This document shows positions 49,057-60,098 of a DNA stretch of 64,000 nt, piece after piece. The notes below the pieces were generated by a model, which worked only from the letters and a program-made list of their open reading frames with translations, was not told where the DNA came from and did not search any database. Made by a program: the position numbers and the translations under genes. The stretch's first letter is position 1. Every line of letters begins with the position of its first letter. Origin of the DNA: a bacterium (GTDB taxonomy: Bacteria; UBA8248); contig CBDBBI010000010.1 in assembly GCA_965202625.1 (NCBI GenBank), forward strand, positions 736,001-800,000, in the 5' to 3' direction.

Positions 49057-50469
49057 CTAGATGTCGTAGTAGAGGATAAATTCGTGTGGATGCGGGCGCA
49101 GGCGAATTGCATCCACCTCCTCTATCCGCTTGTATTCGATCCAGTTCTCGATAACGTCCCTCGTAAACACGTCTCCTTTCAGCAAGAACTCATTATCCGC
49201 TTCGAGAGCATCCAAGGCCTCGGGCAGACTCCCAGGCGTCTGCGCCACGCTACCCCTCTCCTCAGGCTCGAGATCATAGAGATTCTTGTCGATAGGCTCC
49301 GGCGGCATAATTTTATTCTGGATGCCGTCCAAGCCGGCCATCAGCATTGCGGCGAAGGCCATATACGGGTTGCACGAGGGGTCAGGACAACGAAGCTCAA
49401 CCCTCTTGGCTTTCTCGCTTGAGGAATACATCGGAATACGGACGCACGCACTTCTGTTCCGGCAGCTATACATCAAGTTTATAGGCGCTTCATAGCCCGG
49501 TACCAAGCGGCGATAGCTGTTCGTCGTGGGGTTGGTAAAGGCCAACAGCGCGGGTGCATGTTTGAGCAAGCCACCAATGTAGTACAGCGCATCCGGACTC
49601 AGATCGCCGTAGGTCCCCGCTTTATACATGATATTCTTCTCGCCCTTCCAGATGCTCTGGTGGGTGTGCATTCCGGTGCCATTGTCGAGAAATACGGGTT
49701 TCGGCATGAAAGTCGCAGTCTTGCCGTGCTTTCTCGCGACATTCTTGACAATGTATTTATACTTCATCAGCTTATCCGCTGTGGCCAAAAGGGTATCGAA
49801 TCGAATGTCGATTTCACACTGCCCAGCGGAGGCCACTTCATGGTGGTGCACCTCACAATCGACTCCACAGGCCAGCATTTCGAGCATCATTTCCGATCGA
49901 ATGTCCTGAAGCGTGTCGTTGGGGGGGACAGGAAAATAACCCTCCTTATATCGGTTCTTGTGCCCAAGGTTGGGTCCTTCGTCCGCCGCCGTGTTCCAAG
50001 CTGCTTCGGATGAATCGACCTCGTAGAAGGCACGATTTTCCGAACCCGAATAGCGTACGTCGTCAAACACGAAAAATTCAGCTTCAGGTCCAAAATAAGC
50101 CACATCTCCGATGCCCGTAGACTTCATGTATTGTTCAGCCTTCAGGGCGATATAGCGAGGGTCGCGCTCATAAAGTTCTAGCGTAACTGGGTCTTTGATG
50201 TCGCAGATGAGAACCAAGGTGGGAATTTTCATGAACGGGTCTATAAACGCCGTCTCTGGATCCGGAATGAGGAGCATGTCGCTCTGATCGATGCTTTGAA
50301 ATCCCCGGATGCTTGAGCCGTCAAAACCGACGCCTTCCTCAAAGGTATCCTCATCAAGCGTGTGAATGGGTGATGAGAAGTGCTGCCACATGCCAGGCAT
50401 ATCCACAAAACGATAGTCCACTATCTTCGCGCCGCTGTCCTCCGCTAGCTTCATTACATTCGCAACCAT
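49057..50469 (-). CDS. glnA: Glutamine synthetase type I
   Basis: [46 protein letters not shown] adenylylation site. Confidence 0.98.
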   Translation of the reverse strand: MVANVMKLAEDSGAKIVDYRFVDMPGMWQHFSSPIHTLDEDTFEEGVGFDGSSIRGFQSIDQSDMLLIPDPETAFIDPFMKIPTLVLICDIKDPVTLELYERDPRYIALKAEQYMKSTGIGDVAYFGPEAEFFVFDDVRYSGSENRAFYEVDSSEAAWNTAADEGPNLGHKNRYKEGYFPVPPNDTLQDIRSEMMLEMLACGVDCEVHHHEVASAGQCEIDIRFDTLLATADKLMKYKYIVKNVARKHGKTATFMPKPVFLDNGTGMHTHQSIWKGEKNIMYKAGTYGDLSPDALYYIGGLLKHAPALLAFTNPTTNSYRRLVPGYEAPINLMYSCRNRSACVRIPMYSSSEKAKRVELRCPDPSCNPYMAFAAMLMAGLDGIQNKIMPPEPIDKNLYDLEPEERGSVAQTPGSLPEALDALEADNEFLLKGDVFTRDVIENWIEYKRIEEVDAIRLRPHPHEFILYYDI

Positions 50470-50560
50470 CTCATTATTACCTCCATGCGAAATTGCGGTT
50501 TTGCTGGAAATTACTGATACAAAACCAAAATTGGTTCACCACTCGTTTTTTCATGCTTTG

Positions 50561-53302
50561 TTATGAGACAATAGCACCAGTTGGGTGCCCTTCCTCAAGA
50601 ATCTCGCTCAGATGAACGCACAGCTCCTTGAGCCTCACCGGATCCTCTATTTTTTCGCCATCGTTGTCCGTAATATAGAAAGCATCTATTGCGCATTGCC
50701 CCTCTGTGGTTATTTTCGCCCGGGAGATAGCTATCCCCTCATTTGCAAAGAATTGCGCAATTTGTGCCAGAAGACCGTGTCTATCAGGAGCAACGACCTC
50801 CAGAACGGTCGCGTCACTGCTTGCGGTCTGGTCAAATTCGACCATTACCGGTACATCGAATGACATTCGCTTCTTCAGACGCAAATATTTTTTGCTCCGT
50901 CCCAGGAAATTTGATAGTTCCACCTCACCCGACAACAATTCCTCAAGCGATCGCCGAAATTTACCCCACAGACTTTCATTGCCGACGGCCTTTCCCTCGG
51001 AATCTACTACTTGAAACGTATCTATCACCAAGCCATCTTCTCGCGTATATGCTTTCGCATCCAAAATGTTCAGTTCGTACACCGCAAACGCTGCGACGAC
51101 GAGTGCGAATAAACCAAGCTGATCTTTGCACAACAATGTTAAGAGCGTGTTTCCTAACCTCCTGCGGTGCGTGATGTCGATCTCGCAAACCACATCATCA
51201 GAGAGGCGGGCCCCCAGTTCTATATGACGCAGGATGTCCTGCGGCGGCGTCTCTGCCCGATATCTATCCGGCATAGATTCCATATGCTTGCTGATTTCCT
51301 CATACCCTATCCGACTTCCTCCCGCCCTCGCTTCCAAACCCACTTGCTCTACGATATCTTCCCTACGTTTTCTCCTGTACAAATTCTCTCCTGTTTCCAT
51401 CACTCTGAGCACGCGCTTATATAACTCGTGAATCAACGCGCTCCGCCATTCATTCCACATGCCAGGGGCGACGGCAGATATGTCTGCATAGGTCAAGAGA
51501 TAGAGCATCTGAAGTCTTTCTATCGTCCCCATTTTATCGGCAAAATTACTAATCAAGACGGGATCGTCGATATCACGCCTCTCGGCCGTGACACTCATCT
51601 CAATATGGCAAGCCACGAGAAACTCGATAATGCTCCCCTGGTCCGCCGGCAACCCCATTCTCACGGTAATATCGGGAAGGGCGGACGCGCTCTTATGTAC
51701 ATGCCTTGGCCCTCTCGCCTTTCCGATATCATGCAACAAAAGCGCGAGCCGCAATATATTCGTCCGCTCCATCTCTCTGTGGATATGAGCCACCCTCTGC
51801 AAGGACATATCTTTCGTATACGTCAGTTTATCTAACGCAGTTAGCGTCAGTAGAGTATGCTCATCCGCAGTGTAGCGATGGTAATGATCATAATGGACAA
51901 AGCACGTCAAGGGCTCGAACTCAGGAATATATCGCCCCAACAGACCGAGACCATGCATTTCGTGTATAGTGGGAGTAACACCAGCCTTGCCGCTCAATAT
52001 CCGCAAAAAACTATCGCGCACATCGGGCGAGGCGCGAAAGTCATCATCCACAGTATCAAGGTGAGCGCGAACAAAATTTCTCGCATTTGGCGACAAGCGA
52101 CACCCAAAACGATATTGACATTCAAAGACCTTCATCAAGCCAGCGGGATTTTCAAGCACTTCTCTGGGGTTTCGCGCATCCAATACAAGCGTATGATAAT
52201 CCTGCAAAGCCAAGCCGTTTTCCAAAAGTTGGAGTTTGGGGTTCTTGTTGACCCACCTCCTGCTTTTCAAGTGATCTTCCAAAACTTCAAAAAAATCGCG
52301 GCAAAAAATATGCAAGTCTCTCGCACTCAAGAAATAATCGCGCATCAAACATTCGCCCACCAATGCGCTTTCGTTGCTTTCATAACCTAACGCCGGAGCG
52401 ATATCTGCCTGTGCAGAAAAATTGAGCATATCGCTTTTGGCTTTTGCATGTATATGAAGTTGCGCGCGTATGCGAAGCAGAAAATCATATGCTTTCGCCG
52501 CTTTCTTGAACTCCGCTTCCGGCACCCAGCCTTTCCGCCATATCTCATCCATTTTCTTTAGCCCGAAGGCCCTGGCCAGCCAGCAGACGGTATGGAAATC
52601 CCGCAGTCCCCCCGCGCTTTCCTTCACGTTCGGTTCAAGGACGTAAACGGATGGATCCCATGAACGATATCGCCTCATCCGTTCTTCAAGACGATTTCGA
52701 AGATGTGAACTTTTAGCCACCCGCTGAAGGTAAGCGTCAAATTTCTTATTAAAGTCTCGAAAGACTTCTACGCTTCCCGCCAAAAATCGATTTTCCAACA
52801 TGGCGGTTTCACTGTGATAGTCTTCTTTAGCGATTTTCAGGCAATTTGAAATCGTCCTCGCACTATGGCCTATCGTAAGACCCGCGTCCCACATGAGGTA
52901 TAGCACAGAGCGTATCAATTTGCTGATTTGAGCCTCATGCCCTGAAAATAAAAACAATAGATCGATATCCGAGGCAGGTGACAATTCCCCTCGTCCATAC
53001 CCACCAATGGCGATTACGGCACACGGAAATGCGTGGTCTTTATTCCCAGATTTCCTTCTTTCCCCATCTAAGGCGTGGGCATATACCTGAGCGATAAACG
53101 TATCCATAAAACTCGCGCGCGCCTCGCATAGTTCATATCCGCCCGCCCCCTCATTCTGCGCATCACAAATATACTCGCCGGCCTGCGCGTAAGTCTTCTT
53201 CATATACCGGAGAAAAACACCTCTCTCCCAGTCGTTTGCCGCAGAAGTCGTTTCCCGAATATCGTTTTGAAGTTTTGATAAATGCTGAAGAGATGGCTTC
53301 AT
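50561..53302 (-). CDS. glnD: PII uridylyltransferase/uridylyl-removing enzyme
   Basis: GGYGRGEL.P.SDIDLL, EPNVKE..GGLRD, HRYT.DEH, LHDIGK, two ACT domains. Confidence 0.96.
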   Translation of the reverse strand: MKPSLQHLSKLQNDIRETTSAANDWERGVFLRYMKKTYAQAGEYICDAQNEGAGGYELCEARASFMDTFIAQVYAHALDGERRKSGNKDHAFPCAVIAIGGYGRGELSPASDIDLLFLFSGHEAQISKLIRSVLYLMWDAGLTIGHSARTISNCLKIAKEDYHSETAMLENRFLAGSVEVFRDFNKKFDAYLQRVAKSSHLRNRLEERMRRYRSWDPSVYVLEPNVKESAGGLRDFHTVCWLARAFGLKKMDEIWRKGWVPEAEFKKAAKAYDFLLRIRAQLHIHAKAKSDMLNFSAQADIAPALGYESNESALVGECLMRDYFLSARDLHIFCRDFFEVLEDHLKSRRWVNKNPKLQLLENGLALQDYHTLVLDARNPREVLENPAGLMKVFECQYRFGCRLSPNARNFVRAHLDTVDDDFRASPDVRDSFLRILSGKAGVTPTIHEMHGLGLLGRYIPEFEPLTCFVHYDHYHRYTADEHTLLTLTALDKLTYTKDMSLQRVAHIHREMERTNILRLALLLHDIGKARGPRHVHKSASALPDITVRMGLPADQGSIIEFLVACHIEMSVTAERRDIDDPVLISNFADKMGTIERLQMLYLLTYADISAVAPGMWNEWRSALIHELYKRVLRVMETGENLYRRKRREDIVEQVGLEARAGGSRIGYEEISKHMESMPDRYRAETPPQDILRHIELGARLSDDVVCEIDITHRRRLGNTLLTLLCKDQLGLFALVVAAFAVYELNILDAKAYTREDGLVIDTFQVVDSEGKAVGNESLWGKFRRSLEELLSGEVELSNFLGRSKKYLRLKKRMSFDVPVMVEFDQTASSDATVLEVVAPDRHGLLAQIAQFFANEGIAISRAKITTEGQCAIDAFYITDNDGEKIEDPVRLKELCVHLSEILEEGHPTGAIVS

Positions 53303-53314
53303 GGGAAGATAGCG

Positions 53315-53698
<384 letters not shown>

Positions 53699-53704
53699 TC
53701 ATCA

Positions 53705-53732
53705 ACTATAGCACGCAACGGATGGCCGTCAA
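53705..53732 (-). promoter_or_regulatory. Possible sigma70 promoter of glnB-glnD
   Basis: TTGACG-N16-TATAGT with an extended -10 TG. Confidence 0.55.
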
Positions 53733-53936
53733 TCAATAACCCGCTCACCGCTCATGATTCTCTAGAGTGAGGTATCTGCATCATCTATGTTTCTGGCGAG
53801 TTTCCGAAATCCCTAGCATCCGGGGTTGCGCCATGCGCAACCTTTCCATACACTTCACCTGCTTTTATGGAATGGCATATTCAGAATCACATTGATTTCA
53901 AGACACACTATCACTTTTGGCGAGGCGAGGACAGTA

Positions 53937-54257
53937 ATGGAGTGTACGCTTTTAGAAGCACCTATAGAATGTAACTTTGCGGTCAAGGGTTCCAACGGCC
54001 AAAATAAATGCGCATACAATGGGAATTCATGTCTTCCTGTAGTGGAAGAATGTCTTGCAGGCGATGATGGGAAAGCGTGCGAACATATCGTGAACTTACC
54101 GAAAGGGCAATTTTGCTCCAAATTCCCCAACCCAGAAAATCGTTGGGAACGCGGCAGATGTCCTCTCGCCACACATATCAAAGTCGATTTCGAAGCCCCT
54201 CTGGAGAAAAAACTAAACCCGCTCAAAGCTTCGAAGAGGGCCGCCAGAGGAAATTAA
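53937..54257 (+). CDS. PxxKW-family Cys-rich small protein
   Basis: Seven Cys, PENRW..G.CPLATH, LNPLKASKR end. Confidence 0.8.
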   Translation: MECTLLEAPIECNFAVKGSNGQNKCAYNGNSCLPVVEECLAGDDGKACEHIVNLPKGQFCSKFPNPENRWERGRCPLATHIKVDFEAPLEKKLNPLKASKRAARGN

Positions 54258-54332
54258 AGGAAAATTCACCCCCATCAAAAATCAAACCGCCTCTCCTCAA
54301 GTGCGAGTTTATTTTTGATGTTGAAACGAACC

Positions 54333-56051
54333 CTAAGCCGATAAAAGAGCCAAAACCCCTGCAACAACAAATATCTGATCGGCAGCCACCTCCATCAATC
54401 CACCATGCCCCAAAATTTTCCGAGAATACCAGTAGAGGCATGCCCCCGCATAAAGAACCGGAATGAACATGGTATGACCGAAGGAGGAATCCACCCATCC
54501 ATTCAAAGAAGCGCTGAGAAGAACAACTGCCAATGCGGCGCAAAGCGATCCTAAAAGGGCTTCAGTCCGTTCTTTTCCGAAAACAATCGGTAATGTTCTT
54601 TTCCCCACGATTCGGTCACCTTGAATATCTCTTAACTCCATCAAGCCGGTACGGAAGAAAATGAGACCAAAAGCAACACATATGGATACTACCCAGCTTG
54701 CGGAAGTCCACTGAGGATTCGCTAATGCGGGCAAAAACGCCATACTGAAAACCCAGCCCGACGTGACCATCAAGATTTTTGAGGAGGGAAAGTTTATCGC
54801 CTGCCCCACGAGTGCACGAGGTTCAAACCATAGACTGTAAAAAATAGCCCAAACCAACCCCAAGATCATGATGCCCCCGGCCAAGGGGGAAGCAATTATT
54901 CCAAACACGATAGACGTAAAAGCGGCAATCCCACTCAAAGACAATAATACGGTCTTGTACCTCTCATAGAACTGCGCTCGATTGGGTTCGTTGTATCTGT
55001 CCGCCTCATAGCTGATACAACGATTTATCGTATGCGCGGCGAAAAGATACAGACCTGCCGTCATGGCAAGCCTCATTGAGGGCGGAAAACCACCCAATTT
55101 TGTGATGGCGACGCTACCCAATAACGCAGATACGAAAAGAAGCACGTTCGCCCTTGATAGCACTTTAAGGATAGCGAAAATTTTGTCTACTCGATTTGGG
55201 TTTGGATCAGGGATCGCTTCAATGCGATTCACGACACGCCGTATCATCCAGTCCGGCGTAGAGGCACCCGCAGTGACGGCGATGTTTTCATAATTCTGGA
55301 AAAACTTCTCATCAATTTCATCTTCGGTTTCAATGAGAATCGATTCCGCGCCCCCTTCCTGCGCCACTTCCATTAGGCGGTTCGTGTTGCCGCTATTGCG
55401 ACCTCCGACGACGACCACCAGATCAACATTGGGTGCTAGTCTCTTGACCTCTTCTTGTCGAACTTCCGTTGCATCACAAATCGTGTTAAATATTTTCGCT
55501 TGGGGATATCTCGCAAAAATGGCTTCTTCCACGTCTCTCCATTCGCGCATGTTGATGGTAGTCTGCGCAACGACAACAACTGGTTGGTCGCCGATATCCG
55601 GTAATTTGGACACATCTTCCATACACGTAATCAGGTGACTACCGGCCTCTGCATACCCCCTATGTCCTTCTACTTCCGGATGGCTTTTCTCGCCGATGAC
55701 TACCGTAAAAGCACCCAAGCGGGAATGTTTTCTGATGATCCCATGCACCTTGGCGACTAGGGGACACGTCGCATCTCTAAGGCTCGCCCCTGAGCGTCTT
55801 AGGCGATCGCGCACCTGCGGCGAGATGCCATGCGCCCGAATGACCACGAGACTCGTATTACTCGGCGTCTCTTGGGGATCGGAGGCGAAAACGCTTTTCT
55901 TCTCTAACAGCTTGATTGTTTGAGGATTATGAATCAAGGGTCCATGAGTGAGAACCCCGCTGGCCGTCTCATTGGCCGTGTCCAATGCAATGTCGAGTGC
56001 TCTTTCCACTCCCCAGCAAAAACCAGCCGTCTTGGCTATCTTGACTCGCAA
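54333..56051 (-). CDS. ispH: IspH (HMBPP reductase) fused to a UbiA-like prenyltransferase domain
   Basis: AGFCWGV, IRAHG, DATCP.V, NTICDAT..RQ, TAGASTP, then about 8 TMs with RDIQGDRIVGKRTLP. Confidence 0.93.
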   Translation of the reverse strand: MRVKIAKTAGFCWGVERALDIALDTANETASGVLTHGPLIHNPQTIKLLEKKSVFASDPQETPSNTSLVVIRAHGISPQVRDRLRRSGASLRDATCPLVAKVHGIIRKHSRLGAFTVVIGEKSHPEVEGHRGYAEAGSHLITCMEDVSKLPDIGDQPVVVVAQTTINMREWRDVEEAIFARYPQAKIFNTICDATEVRQEEVKRLAPNVDLVVVVGGRNSGNTNRLMEVAQEGGAESILIETEDEIDEKFFQNYENIAVTAGASTPDWMIRRVVNRIEAIPDPNPNRVDKIFAILKVLSRANVLLFVSALLGSVAITKLGGFPPSMRLAMTAGLYLFAAHTINRCISYEADRYNEPNRAQFYERYKTVLLSLSGIAAFTSIVFGIIASPLAGGIMILGLVWAIFYSLWFEPRALVGQAINFPSSKILMVTSGWVFSMAFLPALANPQWTSASWVVSICVAFGLIFFRTGLMELRDIQGDRIVGKRTLPIVFGKERTEALLGSLCAALAVVLLSASLNGWVDSSFGHTMFIPVLYAGACLYWYSRKILGHGGLMEVAADQIFVVAGVLALLSA

Positions 56052-56148
56052 TAAAAAACCCTTCCGGAAGCAGAATACTCCTTCACTATATCAAGTAAAC
56101 ATATAACCCTATTTCGATTCACATGCAATACTGTAATCAGATATGGGG

Positions 56149-56694
56149 TTAGTCCCGCTCTGAAGGGAGGGGAAACTCGAATCGAGACTCAATAAGAGGT
56201 GGCACATTTCCTATTGTTCCGAGAGCAAATATTCGAAACCACCCTCCAGAAGCATTCAGAATTACCTCGCCAACGGTTCTTGGGAGCTCAAAGCGTTTTG
56301 GGCCACAGCTACCGGGATTGAAGAACACAACCTCGTCAACCATCTTGCAAAGGGGTCGGTGCGTATGGCCAAAAACAACCAAATCCGCTTCGTTTTTCCG
56401 GAGAAGTTCTTGGAATTCGAGCGATAGCTCCCCTTGACGCCAAACGACATGTTGAACCATGATGCGCCAACCCGCCAGCGTGATTTTTGACCTCACGGCC
56501 GCCAAGCCGGGAACGTCTACATTCCCTAAAACACAAATGAGGGGAGCAATATTTTCAAGTGTTGGTAATATGAAGTCGGAACCCACATCCCCAGCATGAA
56601 GGATATAATCCGCGCCTTCACAAAACTTGACGACCTCTTGGGGAAGACGCCCATGCGTGTCTGACAAAACACATAACCTGACACTCAAGCTCAT
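56149..56694 (-). CDS. YfcE-like metallophosphoesterase
   Basis: SDTHG, HAGDVG, GNVD, GHTH, NPGS. Confidence 0.92.
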   Translation of the reverse strand: MSLSVRLCVLSDTHGRLPQEVVKFCEGADYILHAGDVGSDFILPTLENIAPLICVLGNVDVPGLAAVRSKITLAGWRIMVQHVVWRQGELSLEFQELLRKNEADLVVFGHTHRPLCKMVDEVVFFNPGSCGPKRFELPRTVGEVILNASGGWFRIFALGTIGNVPPLIESRFEFPLPSERD

Positions 56695-56974
56695 TCTCTC
56701 TCGTCCCCATGGTCTTTAGCGCAAAGCATGAGACGCTCCCCCATTCTGCAGACCATGAATGAAATCAGTAACGAGCGTCCCTTCGGGCAGATGTGTGCAA
56801 GATAAATGAATTTCCCATCTCAGTATGAGGAAAAAATAAGCTAAGCCAAAGAACCTTCTTGGGCATCTGGGGAGGGAGCGTCCAAGAGAACCCGTAATCG
56901 CTTGAAACGCGATATGCCCATGGGCCATGCTCCAAGCCTACATCTCGGAGACATGCTCGAATAACTCGTCGCCT

Positions 56975-57700
56975 CTATGATGAAATAAACTCAAAACTAC
57001 CGACAAACGTATCGAATGTCCGAAGCCCGGAATCAAATATCAATACATGGTCGATATAATAAAATTCATACAGCTTTCCCTTTCTTAGAAACACCACGAC
57101 CTTGCCACGGTAACTCACCGAACGCGATGAGAAGAGGGAATCATATCGAAATTTGCGCTCCTCTTTGAGCTCCTCTCCTGTCTGAGCTCCTCCAAATGAT
57201 AAACTTTCGTTAAGATGTTTAAGAGCAAGTTCTCTGGACCGCAAAGTCGGTCTTCTGCCCATCTTGCCCCTCAAATAAAATTCGCCGCGAAGCGCGCCCT
57301 GAGCGTTCGATAATTCTATCGCCTCATCAAAGGATGCATAAAGACTCCCTTTCACGGAACGCATATCGACAAATGGAGTGCTCAACATACGTCGATAGAT
57401 ATATCGCATCTCATCCATAAACGTCGCCTTTGAGGAATAATGCCGAGGGAGAACTTGCAGTGCTATGACTCCCCCCGTGTATGGATTGTCAAAATACAGA
57501 ACAGAAGTCGTCGGATCGTTTAACGCTAAAACATTGGCGACATCAGGCGCTTTACGCCAAACGCCGGATAATATCTTCCGTATCCGAAATCTATGCTCAG
57601 GAAATATGTAATGTGTCTTTGACTCTTGTAGACCAACGCAACCAGACAACAAAACGGCGATCAGGAATAAAGCAAATAACGCACGCATATATTTTCGCAC
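56975..57700 (-). CDS. Hypothetical lipoprotein
   Basis: Lipobox LSGC after a hydrophobic stretch. Confidence 0.65.
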   Translation of the reverse strand: MRKYMRALFALFLIAVLLSGCVGLQESKTHYIFPEHRFRIRKILSGVWRKAPDVANVLALNDPTTSVLYFDNPYTGGVIALQVLPRHYSSKATFMDEMRYIYRRMLSTPFVDMRSVKGSLYASFDEAIELSNAQGALRGEFYLRGKMGRRPTLRSRELALKHLNESLSFGGAQTGEELKEERKFRYDSLFSSRSVSYRGKVVVFLRKGKLYEFYYIDHVLIFDSGLRTFDTFVGSFEFISS

Positions 57701-57776
57701 CCAGAAAATCTACCGGTGGCACATTCCTCGTTGCCCTAGGAAAATAATCAATATGTGTTCCAAATTCAAGGAAACC

Positions 57777-58637
57777 CTAAGCGCGTGACCTCCCTCCTAA
57801 TACGATACCTATCAATATACTCAAACAAACGAGAAGCCGGGTAGTCGTAGGACTTTCCTCGAGCAGCCACCACGCCAATGCAGTGGCGATCAACGGTTCT
57901 CCCACGACGGCAAGCGCCACTTTTCCAGAATGCAAATGTCCGAGCGCGTAGTTGACGGCGGTATGGCCAACCAATGTCGGAATGAGGATCATAGCGACCA
58001 AAAGCAGCCAGGTATTGAGGGCGTATCCGGTGAGGGGTTGTTCGAAGACGAGAGCTGCGCCGCAGAGCAAAAGGCCGCTCAACCCATAACAAACGGTGAC
58101 ATACGTCGCCACGGGGATTTTCAATCTGAGTTTTCGGCCACACAACATATAGGCCGAGGCCATAACAGCTCCGGACAAGGCGAGAGAATTTCCCCCAAAG
58201 CTACCTTCCCAGCCCCAAAAGTCGGAATACGCTAAGGCCGCGCTCCCCGCAACCGCCATCAGCGCACCCAACCAAAAATTTCTTCCCTCCCTCTCGCCCA
58301 AAAAAAGAACACCGCCGATGCCTGCAAATATTGGGTTCGTCGTCACAAGGACAACGGAGCTCGCCACGGACGTATGCGACAGCGACTCTATCCAAAACGC
58401 GAAATGGAACGCTAAAAACGTACCCGAGCCCGCCCAAATAATTTTTTCCTTTCCCGATAAAGCGTTCCAGACGCCAATGACGCTCCTCCCTGTAAACGGA
58501 AGCAACAATAAAGCGCCACCCCCCATGCGGTACGCCGCCATGGCCAAGGGCTGCGCATCCGCCAATCGTATCAATACGGCAGAAAAGCCAAGGGCGATGA
58601 CCCCCACAGACAAATAGAAATACAAGGGAGCTCTCAT
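57777..58637 (-). CDS. DMT/EamA family transporter
   Basis: About 10 TMs, HFAFW..SL..TSVASS, LVGH..NYAL, EPL. Confidence 0.92.
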   Translation of the reverse strand: MRAPLYFYLSVGVIALGFSAVLIRLADAQPLAMAAYRMGGGALLLLPFTGRSVIGVWNALSGKEKIIWAGSGTFLAFHFAFWIESLSHTSVASSVVLVTTNPIFAGIGGVLFLGEREGRNFWLGALMAVAGSAALAYSDFWGWEGSFGGNSLALSGAVMASAYMLCGRKLRLKIPVATYVTVCYGLSGLLLCGAALVFEQPLTGYALNTWLLLVAMILIPTLVGHTAVNYALGHLHSGKVALAVVGEPLIATALAWWLLEESPTTTRLLVCLSILIGIVLGGRSRA

Positions 58638-58688
58638 GATTCTAAAAGCCAGACCAATATGGGGTGATACGCTGGATCCGGAAGATGC

Positions 58689-59471
58689 TCAGAACTCACC
58701 CAGAAACTGTGAGATGGCATCGCCAACTACCCTCGGTTGTTCCAGCATCACCATATGACCCGCCTTTGAGATGATGGACAACTTCGCATGGGACATCTTA
58801 TCCATGAGAAATTGCGAGTATTTCGGAGGCGTCAAGAGGTCGTCTTCTCCACATAGGATCAAAGCGGGCGTGGAGATGGATTCTAACTTCTCGATCACGT
58901 CAAACCGATCACAGGCGACAAAATCATGGTACAAGGTATCTACATGGCATTCCAGCAAACTGCGAGCCCCCTCTTGGGCAAAGGATGGGTCAGCCGCTGG
59001 GGAAAAAGCATAACCAATAATTTCATTCACAGTTTCTTCGAAATGGTTCTTGACGCCTCCTAAAATCGAATCCCTTACCCTGAGCTTCGCACCAGTGCCA
59101 ATCAGAACAACGCCATTCAACAATTCAGGATCCGATAAAACGCTTTCAAGAACCACGGCGCCTCCCATTGAATGCCCGGCCAGACAAATGGATTTGAACT
59201 TCTTCGCCTCTATGAATTGAAGAACAACCCGCCTATATTCTTTGATATCTGAGATTTGGGCGATGCTGGATGCCCCATGGCCGGGTAATTCAAGAGCGAG
59301 GCTTCTAATGCTCCGCTCGGCCAGATCACGCATTAAAGGTATCCAGGCGTCCCGATTGCCCCCCGCCCCATGAATGCACAAGACGACGCACGCCGACGCA
59401 CCGGGGCCAGCCTCGCAATACGCAATTCTATAATCTGATATATCCAGAATCGCTTGACGCAGCCAGGACAA
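58689..59471 (-). CDS. Alpha/beta hydrolase
   Basis: IHGAGG, PGHG, GHSMGG, G..D, AGH. Confidence 0.92.
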   Translation of the reverse strand: MSWLRQAILDISDYRIAYCEAGPGASACVVLCIHGAGGNRDAWIPLMRDLAERSIRSLALELPGHGASSIAQISDIKEYRRVVLQFIEAKKFKSICLAGHSMGGAVVLESVLSDPELLNGVVLIGTGAKLRVRDSILGGVKNHFEETVNEIIGYAFSPAADPSFAQEGARSLLECHVDTLYHDFVACDRFDVIEKLESISTPALILCGEDDLLTPPKYSQFLMDKMSHAKLSIISKAGHMVMLEQPRVVGDAISQFLGEF

Positions 59472-59516
59472 GAAGCAGGATTTCCTTAAATTACGAGCGG
59501 GCCATAGGGTCGAGTT

Positions 59517-59843
59517 CTAAAGAGCGCGATCAATTGCGGCCTGCAAGTCCGCTTTCGATTTCACTCCTACGACCTGTTCCACAACCTCTCCCCCCTTAAA
59601 CAACATCAGTGTCGGAATCCCCCGAATACCAAATTTCGCCGGAACCGACGGATTTTCATCAATGTTCAACTTTCCTATACGAACCTTGCCCTCATACTCT
59701 TGAGCGAGGGATTCCACCGTGGGGGCAATCATCTTACAAGGAGCGCACCACTCCGCCCAAAAATCAACCAAAGTAGGCGTATCAGAAGCAATTACATCTG
59801 CCTCAAAGTTTTGGTCCGTAAACTCCAAAATACCTTCCCCCAT
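59517..59843 (-). CDS. trxA: Thioredoxin
   Basis: DFWAEWCAPC, GIPTL. Confidence 0.95.
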   Translation of the reverse strand: MGEGILEFTDQNFEADVIASDTPTLVDFWAEWCAPCKMIAPTVESLAQEYEGKVRIGKLNIDENPSVPAKFGIRGIPTLMLFKGGEVVEQVVGVKSKADLQAAIDRAL

Positions 59844-60098
59844 TTCATTTCCTCCAAAATCAGACTTTCAAAAAATACGCAAGCCGCCGAAAAGCGCGCT
59901 AAAAGGGCACCCTCAAAACTTCTGGGCCATTGATGGCCATAACTTCTTGACCAGCCAAACGTGGAGCATCATTTCCCATCGGTTGTTAGGCGTCAAGCAC
60001 TTTTGCGCCCTTCATAAAAGGTTTTAGGGGGTCAACTGGATCACGAACCCTTATTGGAAAATGAAGACATCGCGCGCACAAAAGCACCTCAAGATCAC

